The notes beneath the pieces are model-generated. The model had not been told where the DNA came from and made no database searches. It was given only the letters and a program-made list of their open reading frames with translations. The position numbers and the translations under genes were made by a program. From an uncultured Gemmatimonadaceae bacterium (GTDB taxonomy: Bacteria; Gemmatimonadota; Gemmatimonadetes; Gemmatimonadales; Gemmatimonadaceae), in contig CAWHHI010000004.1 in the NCBI GenBank assembly GCA_963829055.1, positions 768,001 through 832,000 on the forward strand: a stretch of 64,000 bases of DNA, given 5' to 3'. Below, piece by piece: positions 30,894 through 40,717 of this stretch (position 1 is the stretch's first letter; each line of letters starts with the position of its first letter).

Positions 30894-32139
30894 TGACAGC
30901 CTCCGTTGCGTCGATGCCCGCCGCGGGCAGGGTGAAACGAATCTCGGTTCCATCGCCCACCGAGCTACTCGCGTGGACCGCACCATTGTGTGCGAGCACG
31001 GTCTGCCGCGCGATCGCCAGGCCCAGGCCGGTACCGCCAGGTTTATGCGTCACATACGGCTCCCAGATACGAGCCAGGCGATCGGCGGGAATTCCGCAGC
31101 CCGAGTCGCGCACCGAGATGATGATGCCGTCATCGCCATTCCGACGCTCGCGCGCGACTGTGACGCCGATCCGCGCAGGGCGGTCCGGTCGGCTCGTGCG
31201 TTCGGTGCGACACGCGTCCACGGCGTTGAGCAAGACGTTGGACAGCGCGCGGGCGAGTGCATCGTGATGGCCGCGAACCATAGGTACGTCTCCCTCGACG
31301 CGAACATTGGCTTCCACATCAGGAGGGACCGACGCCCTGGTCGTGTAGCGCACGAGCTCTGCGACATTGATCTCTGCCGCCGGACCCTCGGGGAGTCGCC
31401 CGAACTGCGAGAAGCTGCGCGCCATGTCTTCGAGCCGCTTCGACTCCACGTCCAGCACATCGACCGCATCGGAGACCGATGCCGGCGCTTCGCGCCGCAG
31501 GCGCGCGATCGCGAAGCGAATGGGGGTCAGCGGATTCTTCAGCTCGTGCGCCACTTGTCTCGCTGATTCACGGAAGGCACGTAGACGTTCAGCATCGATT
31601 TCACGAGCACGTGCGTCTCGCAGCTCGCGCGCGACGGACCGCATGCGAGACCGTAGCACCGCGAACTCCGGCGCGCCCTTTCGCGCCACTCCTTCGGGAA
31701 GCTCCTCGCCTCGCCCGAGCCGATCGGTCCAGCCGACCAATTCGTCGATTGGGCGGCTGAGCTGGCGACTCAGGTGACCTGCCACGCGCGATGCCACCAC
31801 GATCAACAATCCCATCGCGATAACGGCGATCAACGCGATCACCGGCACCGCGCGCTGGGCAATGAACCCGAACCGTCGAGCCTGCGTGAGCGATTCCTGG
31901 AGCTCGAGCTCATGAGCCCGAAGCGCCGCTCGGTCAGCCGGCGAAAGCGGCGCCTGCTGCGCCGCCGCTATCGCTCTGCCGCCGGTCGTGGCCGCGCGTT
32001 CCCACGCCGCGCTGCCGCTCACGAGCGGGATCGCCCTCGTCAACGTGCCCGCCCATACCACCGTGAGAACGACCGAGGGCAGCGTCGCAAACAGCGTGAG
32101 GATGAGGAACAAGCGCGTTCGGAAGCCGACTGGCCTCAC
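30877..32139 (-). CDS. HAMP-domain sensor histidine kinase (NtrY-like)
   Basis: Two TM segments, HAMP, AHELKNPLTPI H-box, NVLLNA, DSGCGI, TKPGGTGLGL-like G2 box. Confidence 0.95.
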   Translation of the reverse strand: MRPVGFRTRLFLILTLFATLPSVVLTVVWAGTLTRAIPLVSGSAAWERAATTGGRAIAAAQQAPLSPADRAALRAHELELQESLTQARRFGFIAQRAVPVIALIAVIAMGLLIVVASRVAGHLSRQLSRPIDELVGWTDRLGRGEELPEGVARKGAPEFAVLRSRMRSVARELRDARAREIDAERLRAFRESARQVAHELKNPLTPIRFAIARLRREAPASVSDAVDVLDVESKRLEDMARSFSQFGRLPEGPAAEINVAELVRYTTRASVPPDVEANVRVEGDVPMVRGHHDALARALSNVLLNAVDACRTERTSRPDRPARIGVTVARERRNGDDGIIISVRDSGCGIPADRLARIWEPYVTHKPGGTGLGLAIARQTVLAHNGAVHASSSVGDGTEIRFTLPAAGIDATEAVSADSR

Positions 32140-32223
32140 TCGGGCTCCTTACGGCATGGCCAAGAAGGTGGTTTCGTAGAAGATACGCTCTGGCACGGAC
32201 CCTCACCACGAGCCTTCGCCACC

Positions 32224-32646
32224 ATGAAGTTTCACACGTCGTATCTGACCTTCAACACGAAACGTCGTCAGGAGATCATTGACATCACGGACGACGTCGA
32301 GAAGTGCCGGGCCGCGGCCGGGATCGACGAAGGGATGGTCCTCGTCTCCGCCATGCACATCTCGGCATCCGTGTTCGTGAACGACCACGAATCAGGGCTC
32401 TGGCAGGACATCCTGGACTGGCTCGAACGGCGGATCGCGCCCTGGTCGCCTGACGAGTACCGGCACAACAGCGGGACCGGCGAGGACAACGCCGCCGCGC
32501 ACCTGCGGTCGCTCACCATTGGGCACGAGGTGATTGTCCCGGTGACCAAGGGGCGGCTCGACTTCGGCCCGTGGCAACGAGTGTTCTACGGTGAGTGGGA
32601 TGGCCAGCGTGCAAAGCGGGTCATCATCAAGGCCATGGGGGAGTAG
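32224..32646 (+). CDS. yjbQ: YjbQ/UPF0047 family protein
   Basis: IIDITDDV, MHISAS..ND.E, YRHN, NAAAHLRS, FGPWQRVFYGEWDG. Confidence 0.92.
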   Translation: MKFHTSYLTFNTKRRQEIIDITDDVEKCRAAAGIDEGMVLVSAMHISASVFVNDHESGLWQDILDWLERRIAPWSPDEYRHNSGTGEDNAAAHLRSLTIGHEVIVPVTKGRLDFGPWQRVFYGEWDGQRAKRVIIKAMGE

Positions 32647-32699
32647 AACCGGCGATCCTGGGGGGTCCCATTCTCGTATTCGCCAGTCTCTGTTAGTTT

Positions 32700-33356
32700 T
32701 ACCCTTTCGGCCGCGGAGCCCGATGGCGAACTTCTGGACGCTGGGCTGCACGCTTGGCGCGACCATGGTTCCGGTCGATCCGTGACTCGACTACCACGAG
32801 CTCGAATACCTGCTTCGGCACGCGGAGATCTCTGCCGCGTTCGGGGCCGAGCGGTATGACGGCGACGACTGCCCCTCAGTGGTCCGAGGGCGTCAGGCCG
32901 GGCTCTCGGCACGATCAGGAATTCCAAGGGCGTGCGTCGCTTCGGCTGCTCCAGGCCGAGCGCGTCGCGATCCTTGGCGGCGTGCCGGTGATGTTCCACC
33001 TGTTGATGCGGGATGCCACGTCGTGATCCGACCGTCAGGTCCGTGGATTTCGTGAACCGGCGCCAGTTCGCGCCGGGAAGTTTTTTTGTCGCTGGTGACG
33101 CGAGCATTGATGCAGGCATTGATGCGAGCATCATCGACGACATCGGATGTGTGCGGATCGTCGGTCGCCGTCGCGAAACGATCCTGCGAGGGGGACATCA
33201 GGCTCCCCCGTGCGAGGCGAACGATCTGCTCCGTGCGCATCCGGCAGTGAACGATGTCCGCGTGATCGGCGTTCCCCATGACGTCCTGGGTGAGCTGGTG
33301 TGCGCGTGCATCGTCGGGTTCCCCGTCTCGTTCGCTTCTTTGACACGCTCCCCATG
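32700..33356 (+). pseudogene. Decayed AMP-binding (acyl-CoA synthetase) gene remnant
   Basis: Fragments in different frames with stops: LGATMVPVDP*, LLQAERVAILGGVPVMFHLLM, IDDIGCVRIVGRRRETILRGG..HPAVNDVRVIGVPHDVLGELVCACIV; only about 650 bp of a normally much longer gene. Confidence 0.75.
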
Positions 33357-33433
33357 ACCGGGAGTAGCACCGCGAAGCGGCGAGCGCTCGGGCGCACGCG
33401 TGCGCCCGACCACACCGCCATCCTAGGAAGTTC

Positions 33434-35338
33434 ATGAACTCACGTCATCCGCGGCCGCCTCGCGCCCCCATCGCCCCGATTCACCGGGGTCCCCAGGCGA
33501 TATCGGCCAGCAGCGGCCCGATTCACACGCACGCGCCTAACGCCGCGCTCCTCATCGACTTCGACAACGTCACGATGGGGATTCGCTCCGACCTGCAGCA
33601 GGAGCTTCGCCATCTCCTCGGGTCCGAGATCATCAAGGGCAAGGTGGCCGTGCAGCGCGCGTACGCCGACTGGCGCCGCTACCCGCAGTACATCGTCCCG
33701 TTGGCCGAGTCATCGATCGACATGATCATGGCGCCGGCGTACGGGTCGTCGAAGAAGAACGCGACCGACATCCGTCTGTCCGTGGACGCCATGGAGCTGG
33801 TGTTCACGCGTCCCGAGATCGGTACGTACATCCTGCTCTCCGGCGACTCGGACTTCGCGAGCCTCGTGACGAAGCTCAAGGAATACGGGAAGTACGTGAT
33901 CGGCGTCGGCATCCGGGAGTCGTCGAGCGATCTCCTCGTCATGAACTGCGACGAGTACTACAGCTACAACGCGCTCGCGGGGCTGGTGAAGGCGGGTGAC
34001 GAGGAAGTCGTGAAGTACGACCCGTGGGAGCTCGTGAGCGAGGCCATCAAGCGCATGGCGCAGAACGGCGACGTTATGCGGTCGGATCGCCTGAAGCAGG
34101 TCATGCAGGAGATCGACAATTCGTTCGACGAGAAGAACCTCGGCATCTCGAAATTCTCGCGCTTCTGCCTCGAGGCCGCGCAGCGCGGGCTGATCTCGGT
34201 GAACAAGCTCGAGAACGGCCAGCTCGAAGTCGCGCTGCCGCGCGACGTCGGCGCCGTAGCTGGCGACGCGGAAGACGCGACGCCGCGTCTCGTAACGTTG
34301 CCTGACGAGAATGGCGCACGCGCGCCGCGGGAAGGGAAGGAGGGGCGCGAGGAGCGTGGTCGTCGCGGACGTCGCGGGCGTGGACGTGGGCGCGACCGCG
34401 AGGATCGTGGACCGCGCGTCGACACCTCCGTCGTGGCCGCGGGTGATGTGTCCGTGGCGCCGGAAGTCGACGAAGAAGATACGGCTACGCCGCCACACGG
34501 CGACAAGCTCGCGCACTCGGCGGCGCCCTCTGATACACCCGGTCGTACCGCGGCGCAGCCAGAGCCTGTCACGGCCACCGCGGGCGCGGTGTCGAGTGGA
34601 ATCGGTTCGAGTGGCGAACGCCTAACGCGGCAGGAAGCGTTCAGCCTCGTCGGCCGCGCTGTTGCCGCGCTCACGTCCGGCGATCGCGCTGTCCCGGCGA
34701 GCCGCGTTCGCGAGCAGGCCTTCACGCTCCTCGGCCGCGATAGCGAGAGTCTCAGCGAGCGCAACTTCATTCGCATCCTGAAGGACGCGCATGATGGTGA
34801 TGTGGTCGACCTGCGGCGTCGTGGAGATGACTACGAGGTCGCAGTGGCGGCGCAGGTCGCACCTGTCGCCGACCAGTTGAACCGCGCAGCGGCAGCAAAC
34901 GCGCCTGCGGCGCGGCCGGCTAGCGCGGCGCCAGTTCCACGAGGCATGGGGCCGCGTGGCGCGGGCGTACGCGGTCGCGGGCCGGCCGGCCGTGGGTCGG
35001 CGCCGCCGCCGGATCTGCTGTTGTTAGGCGTCGTCGAAGAAGCAGCGCCGCCGGCTACCACGATTACCGCATCGCTTACGCCGGTCGAGGACCGTCCCGA
35101 ACCAGCCGATGTGGAGGCACCGGTCGCGATCATCGAGGACGCCGCCGCACCGAAGCGTGGACGAGGCCGCAAGAAGGTCGCGGCGAAGAAGGCCGCGGCA
35201 AAGACCCCGCGAGCCACTCCCCCTGCTGCACCCGCGCCTGAACCCGTGGCGGAGGTGGCGGCGCCGCCGGCCGGGCGCCCTGCGAAGTCGCGGCGCGGTC
35301 GTGGGAAGAAGAAGGTCGTCGCAGCGGTCGAGGGATGA
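33434..35338 (+). CDS. NYN (LabA/DUF88, PIN-like) domain protein with OST-HTH/LOTUS-like domains and disordered regions
   Basis: [58 protein letters not shown]-like motif. Confidence 0.88.
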   Translation: MNSRHPRPPRAPIAPIHRGPQAISASSGPIHTHAPNAALLIDFDNVTMGIRSDLQQELRHLLGSEIIKGKVAVQRAYADWRRYPQYIVPLAESSIDMIMAPAYGSSKKNATDIRLSVDAMELVFTRPEIGTYILLSGDSDFASLVTKLKEYGKYVIGVGIRESSSDLLVMNCDEYYSYNALAGLVKAGDEEVVKYDPWELVSEAIKRMAQNGDVMRSDRLKQVMQEIDNSFDEKNLGISKFSRFCLEAAQRGLISVNKLENGQLEVALPRDVGAVAGDAEDATPRLVTLPDENGARAPREGKEGREERGRRGRRGRGRGRDREDRGPRVDTSVVAAGDVSVAPEVDEEDTATPPHGDKLAHSAAPSDTPGRTAAQPEPVTATAGAVSSGIGSSGERLTRQEAFSLVGRAVAALTSGDRAVPASRVREQAFTLLGRDSESLSERNFIRILKDAHDGDVVDLRRRGDDYEVAVAAQVAPVADQLNRAAAANAPAARPASAAPVPRGMGPRGAGVRGRGPAGRGSAPPPDLLLLGVVEEAAPPATTITASLTPVEDRPEPADVEAPVAIIEDAAAPKRGRGRKKVAAKKAAAKTPRATPPAAPAPEPVAEVAAPPAGRPAKSRRGRGKKKVVAAVEG

Positions 35339-35971
35339 CTGCTGCGCGCTCAGGCCGCGCGCTTCCGATGTCGTTTTACGATCGCCCCACCGAGCAGGTC
35401 GCGCGCGACCTGCTCGGTGCGGTGCTCGAATGCACCACACCATTGGGGACGGCCTCGGGCAGGATTGTCGAAACCGAGGCCTACCTTGGTCCTGATGATC
35501 CGGCCTGCCACGCGGTAGCAGGACTTACGGAGCGTACGCGGAACCTCCACGGTCCCCCGGGCATTGCGTACGTGTATTTCATCTGACGGCGTCCACTGGT
35601 GCTTCAACGCCGTCACACGCGAGGAAGGGCATGGGAGCGCGGTTCTCGTCCGCGCCGTGGAGCCCATCGCCGGCGTGGACCTGATGCGCGAGCGCCGCGG
35701 CAATGTCCGCCGCGATGTGGACCTGACGAACGGTCCTGGCAAACTATGTCAGGCGTTAGGCATCGACGGGGCGATGGATGGGACGCGCCTGACTCAGCCA
35801 CCGTTGCGGATTCTCGCCGCTCCCCCGGTCGAAGACGGCGACGTCGAAATCACTCCGCGCATCGGGATCACACGTGCGGCGGACTGGCCGCTTCGCTGGC
35901 TCGTTCGCGGCAACCCGTATGTCTCGGCCACTCGCCCACGCTCCACCAAGCCGCGCCGCCGCTCCGTGTGA
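35335..35971 (+). CDS. mpg: DNA-3-methyladenine glycosylase (MPG/AAG family); frameshift near 35584
   Basis: [23 protein letters not shown] then [34 protein letters not shown]. Confidence 0.93.
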
Positions 35972-35992
35972 TCACTTCGCACACCACGCACG

Positions 35993-36025
35993 AAAAGAGG
36001 GCCGCACTTTCGTGCGGCCCTCTTT
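35993..36025. terminator. Bidirectional intrinsic terminator
   Basis: AAAAGAGGGCCGCAC-TTTC-GTGCGGCCCTCTTT between convergent genes. Confidence 0.85.
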
Positions 36026-36050
36026 CGGTTCGGGGTTCCGTATTCCCGAT

Positions 36051-36717
36051 CTAGTGCAACTTCTCGATGGCGTCCACCACGTTGTAGCGCAGACCGGCTT
36101 CGATGAGGTACGTGTTCGGCATTGCCATTGATGAGGAAGCGATTGCGCGTCGCCATCGTGGACGCCTGTACGAACAGCGCGGCGCGCTGGAAATCGTACT
36201 GGCTCCCGAGTGTGAAGACCGGCGTCGTGCGGCTGCTCTGATCCTCGACGGTCCCGAAAATCAGGGCCTGGCTCGCTGGGCTGGCGAACGTGCCCTGTGG
36301 CTGCGCATCGCGGATCGAGATCAGCGAGTAGCCGAGTCCGGCGTACGGACGGAACGAGCCGAACTGCTTCGGAAACGCGAACAGCTGGATGTTGTAGCGG
36401 CGCGAGTCACTGATGTCGACGACACGCACGGAACCCGGGCTGGTCGGGTCGAACACACCACCCTGCGTGTCGAAGAACGACTGCTCTACCGACACATACA
36501 TCGCGATCCTCGTGCGAGTGATCATCCATTCGCCACCAACGGTAGGTGCCGAGATGTCTTCGGCGGCAGCGCCGAACATTGAGACGCCGCCCTTTGCGCC
36601 CCAGTACCACGAGTCGGTGAAGGAGCGAGCCTTTTGCGGGACCTGCTGCGCGGCAGCGATAGCCGGCAGGAGAGCCGCGCAGGCCAGTCCTACGGTCAGT
36701 GTCCGAATCGTTCGCAT
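36051..36717 (-). CDS. Exported, probable outer membrane beta-barrel protein; frameshift near 36120
   Basis: Signal peptide, alternating beta strands, FRPYAGLGY; C-terminal NTYLIEAGLRYNVVDAIEKLH* in shifted frame. Confidence 0.7.
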
Positions 36718-37052
36718 AGCTGAGCCTCTGATGACGCGCGTGAAAGTCAGCGCCGTCCACGCGGCGCGATGTGCCGAAGATCACGTTTCCGCAGACAACG
36801 CGTCTGCGTCTCGCGAATTCATGTCAGAGACGAGAACGCCGGCAGAGTGGTCACGCGCGGACAATACGTTATGCGGTGTGATGCACGACACACTGGCTGT
36901 GACGCCGTGGATTCGAGAGCATAACGCGTGCGCGTTAGGCGCCTGGCTCATCGCGCCAGGGTCGGTGAGAACTGCGATTGGGCGGATGACACGGACAACG
37001 GCCGGATACGGCTTTGCATCGACGCTGGCTCATCGCCGGACCCTGAATGAAA

Positions 37053-37098
37053 GGGAACGGCCGCTCGGGAGACGCCTGCGTCCCGAGCGGCCGTTCCC
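37053..37098 (-). terminator. 18-bp perfect hairpin, probable terminator
   Basis: GGGAACGGCCGCTCGGGA / TCCCGAGCGGCCGTTCCC followed by TTTCATT on the minus strand. Confidence 0.6.
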
Positions 37099-37331
37099 AA
37101 GAAATCCCGGCTCGTTGCGCGAGGAGCCGTCCCGAACGCGATCTATCCTGCTTCTTCCGCGTCATCCGCGAAATCGTTGTTCGCCCAAGCCGCGGCGCGA
37201 TGATGCCTGAATGCAGAGCCGTATCCGGCAGTTTCGCAGTACAGATCCGCACAATCGTCGTTCCCACCGGCTCCGGGAAGATGATCTCGAAGCAGGGTCA
37301 TCGTCCCACTCGTATCAGCGACGATCGCAGC

Positions 37332-38537
37332 TTAGATGATGCCGAGCTTCTTGCCCACCGTCTTGAACGCCGCTAGCGCCTCATCGATGTCCGCCTTCGT
37401 GTGCGCCGCCGACAGCTGGCATCGGACACGCGCCTGACCCTGCGGTACCACCGGATAGCCGAAGCCCGTCACGAACACGCCCTGCTCGAGCAGCATGTCG
37501 CTCATCTGAATCGCCAACGCGGTCTCGCCGACGATGATCGGCACGATCGGCGTCTCGCCCGCCAGCGGCTTGAATCCCGCTTCGGTGATCGCGTCCCGGA
37601 AGTAGCGCGAGTTCTCGCGCAGGATCGCTACTCGACCCGGATGCTTCTCGACGAACTCGATCGCCGCGAGGGAGCTGGACGCGACGGTTGGTGGAAGCGC
37701 ATTCGAGAAGAGCTGCGGACGCGAACGCTGCGTGAGGATGTCGCATAACGCGGTGGATCCCGCGACGAACCCGCCCGCCGCACCGCCGAGCGCCTTGCCC
37801 AGTGTGGACGTGATGACGTCCACCTCGCCGAGCACACCATAGTGCTCCGCTGTGCCGCGGCCGGTCTCACCGAGCACGCCGGTCGCGTGCGAATCGTCCA
37901 CGGCGAGTATGGCGTCGTAGCGACGCGCGATATCGATCAGCTCCGGAAGCTTCGCGATCGCCCCTTCCATCGAGAACACGCCGTCGGTCCAGATGAGGCG
38001 CCGCCTCGCGCCCTTCGCCTGCTCGAGCTTCGACACGAGATCGTCGAGGTCGCCGTGACGGTAGACGGCGCTCGTGCACTTCACGATCGACTTCGCGAGT
38101 CGGATGGAATCGATGATCGACGCATGATTCAACGCGTCAGAGACGACGAAGTCGCCCTCCTCGAGCACCGTCGACGTCAACGCTTCGTTCGCGCTCCAGG
38201 CGGAAACGAACGTGAGTGACGACTCCGCGCCGACGAATCGGGCGATAGCCTCCTCGAGCTCGCGGTGGATAGTGAACGTCCCGCAGATGAAGCGAACGCT
38301 CGCCGTGCCCGCACCGTACCGCCGCAGGCCGCGAATGCCCGCTTCGACCACACTGGGCTCATTGCAAAGCCCGAGGTAGTTGTTCGACGAGAGGATCAGG
38401 ACTTCGCCTCGCCCTTCCATCTGCACGCGCGCGGACTGCGGCGAGTCGAGGAAGTTGAGGCGCTTGTAGACGCGGTCGGTCTTGAGTTGCTCGATACGCG
38501 CGTCGAGCTGTGACGTGAAGGCAGTGTTCAGCGACAT
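37332..38537 (-). CDS. kbl: Glycine C-acetyltransferase (2-amino-3-ketobutyrate CoA ligase)
   Basis: SNNYLGL, SVRFICGT, DALNHASIID, DGVFSMEG, DDSHATG, TLGKALGG; adjacent to tdh. Confidence 0.96.
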   Translation of the reverse strand: MSLNTAFTSQLDARIEQLKTDRVYKRLNFLDSPQSARVQMEGRGEVLILSSNNYLGLCNEPSVVEAGIRGLRRYGAGTASVRFICGTFTIHRELEEAIARFVGAESSLTFVSAWSANEALTSTVLEEGDFVVSDALNHASIIDSIRLAKSIVKCTSAVYRHGDLDDLVSKLEQAKGARRRLIWTDGVFSMEGAIAKLPELIDIARRYDAILAVDDSHATGVLGETGRGTAEHYGVLGEVDVITSTLGKALGGAAGGFVAGSTALCDILTQRSRPQLFSNALPPTVASSSLAAIEFVEKHPGRVAILRENSRYFRDAITEAGFKPLAGETPIVPIIVGETALAIQMSDMLLEQGVFVTGFGYPVVPQGQARVRCQLSAAHTKADIDEALAAFKTVGKKLGII

Positions 38538-38595
38538 GGCGAAGTTATCGTTGTGCTTGTCGTGTACTCGTGTGTATTCGGGGAGGCGCCGCGCG

Positions 38596-39621
38596 TCAGG
38601 CAATCTCGAAGATGACCTTACCAGCCTCGCCCGATTTGATCACGCGCATCGCTTCATCAGCCTGCTCCAGCGGAAAGCGATGCGTGATGACTGGCGTGGG
38701 ATCGAACTCTCCGGACCGCAGGAAGCGCGTCATCTTGTGCCACGTGTCGTACATGCGCCGTCCAACGACGCCGTAGATCGTGATGCCTTTGAAGATGACT
38801 TCCGTGGCGAAGTTCACCTCCATGGGCTTGGCGGGAATGCCAAGCATTTGCACACGCCCGCCGACGCGCACGAGCGCGAACGCCTGATGAATCGCCGACG
38901 GCACGCCGGACATCTCGAGCACGACGTCCACGCCGAGTCCGTCAGTGGATGCCTTCACTGCCGCTTCGGCATCCTTGGGGTGCACGACGTCATGCGCACC
39001 CATGCGCCTCGCGAGATCGAGCCGCCGCTCATTCACGTCCGATGCGATGATGCGTGAGGCCCCCGCCGCCTTGCAGATGCCGACGGCAAAGATGCCGATC
39101 GGCCCACAGCCCGTGATCAACACCGTCGACCCGGGTATGTCGGCCGTGAGCGCCGTATGGAACGCGTTGCCCATCGGATCGTGGATGCCGCCGATGTCGA
39201 ACGAGACGTTGTCATCGAGGTGCCACACGTTCACCGCCGGCATCGAGATGTACTCGGCGAAGCAGCCATCGCGGTCGACGCCGATGATCCGCGTGAACGG
39301 ACAGACGTGAGCGTTACCGGTGCGGCAGAGCAGGCAGCGCCCATCGACGATGTGCCCCTCCGCCGTCACGCGATCACCTTCGCGAACATCGGTGACGAGC
39401 TTTCCGACCTCCACGACGTCGCCCGCGAACTCGTGGCCAACGACGATCGGCGGCTTCACACGACCGCGCGCCCAGTCGTCCCACTCGTAGATGTGCACGT
39501 CGGTGCCACACACGCCGGCGCGCCGTACTCGAATCAACACCTCATCATCGCGAATCGTGGGAACCGGGACGTCCTTGAGGAGGAAACCAGGGCCTGCGGT
39601 CTCCTTCACGAGCGCTTTCAT
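38596..39621 (-). CDS. tdh: L-threonine 3-dehydrogenase
   Basis: MKALVK, CGTDVHIYEWD.WA, GHEF, AEGH, DPMGNA.HT, GCGPIG, LEMSG. Confidence 0.96.
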   Translation of the reverse strand: MKALVKETAGPGFLLKDVPVPTIRDDEVLIRVRRAGVCGTDVHIYEWDDWARGRVKPPIVVGHEFAGDVVEVGKLVTDVREGDRVTAEGHIVDGRCLLCRTGNAHVCPFTRIIGVDRDGCFAEYISMPAVNVWHLDDNVSFDIGGIHDPMGNAFHTALTADIPGSTVLITGCGPIGIFAVGICKAAGASRIIASDVNERRLDLARRMGAHDVVHPKDAEAAVKASTDGLGVDVVLEMSGVPSAIHQAFALVRVGGRVQMLGIPAKPMEVNFATEVIFKGITIYGVVGRRMYDTWHKMTRFLRSGEFDPTPVITHRFPLEQADEAMRVIKSGEAGKVIFEIA

Positions 39622-39729
39622 CTGATGAGGGCTGGTAGGCGGAGGCTGACGACTCGCGCGACTCGGCGTGATTCGCGCGCGGTTTGCGCTCGGAAAGCTG
39701 GCCGCTCGGGTTGAGAGAGGGAAGCGGGA

Positions 39730-40522
39730 TCAGATCAGCGTCTGGATCTGACCACCATCGACCTGAATCGCCGTGCCGGTCACGAAGCTCGCACGCTCGG
39801 ACGCGAGGAATGCCACGACGGCGGCCATTCTCCTTAGGCTCACCGGCGCGCCCGACTGGAATGCCCCCAGCGCGAGTCTGCAGAAGCTCGTCCACAGGTC
39901 GCTGCTCGCGGGCCGCGCGCATCTGCGCGAGCTCGAGCGCGCGCGGCGTATCGAAGTGGCCCGGGAGTACTGTATTCACGAGCACGTTGTCGCGCGCGCA
40001 TTCGTTCGCGAGCGTTTTCGCGAAACCCAGAAGGCCGGCGCGTGCGGTGTTCGACAGAATGAGTCCGGCCACTGGCTGTTTGGCCGCCATCGACGTGAGA
40101 AAGATCACGCGCCCCCACTTGCGAGCGCGCATACCCGGAACGCAGGCGCGCGCGAGACGAATCGAGCTCAGCAAGTTGAGCTGGATTGCGGCGACATACT
40201 GCTCGTCGCTCGTTGAATCGAAGAGCGTCGACGGGGGACCGCCTGCATTCGCGACGAGGATATCGATTGGCCCGAGCGACTCCTCGACGGCGCGCGCGAT
40301 CCGATCGGGCTCGCCATCCTTCGCGACATCACCGACGATGGGCAGCACGCGCGTTCGCGCAACCTTGAGGATGTCGGCGGCGGCCTGATCCAACTCCGTC
40401 TTTCGACGCGCGACGATGCCGACACTCGCGCCTTCGCACGCGAGCTCTCGTGCGATCGCGAAGCCGAGTCCGGAGGAGGCTCCGGTTACGAGGGCAACCT
40501 TACTGGTGAGCTTGAGGTCCAT
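39730..40522 (-). CDS. SDR family oxidoreductase; frameshift near 39830
   Basis: TGASSGLG, ANAGGPP, SNTARA, VNTVLPG; C-terminal FLASERASFVTGTAIQVDGG in shifted frame. Confidence 0.92.
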
Positions 40523-40535
40523 GGGAGATGGTGTG

Positions 40536-40717
40536 TGTCATTCCGAGCCGAGAGCCGAAGGCCCGCAGTCGAGGAATCGGTTGTCATTCCGAGCGAAGTC
40601 GAGGAATCGCGATCTACGGATAGAGGGGCCCTCTGTCGGGACGATTACGATTCCTCATCTGCCTACGTTCCGTGGGCTTCCGGCTTGCTCGCTCGGAATG
40701 ACAGCCGGCTCGGAATG
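40536..40717. repeat. GTCATTCCGAGCG repeat family, copy 3
   Basis: Two TGTCATTCCGAGC...AGTCGAGGAATC units, then inverted GATTCCTC...CGCTCGGAATGACA; overlaps the fdh 3' end. Confidence 0.85.
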
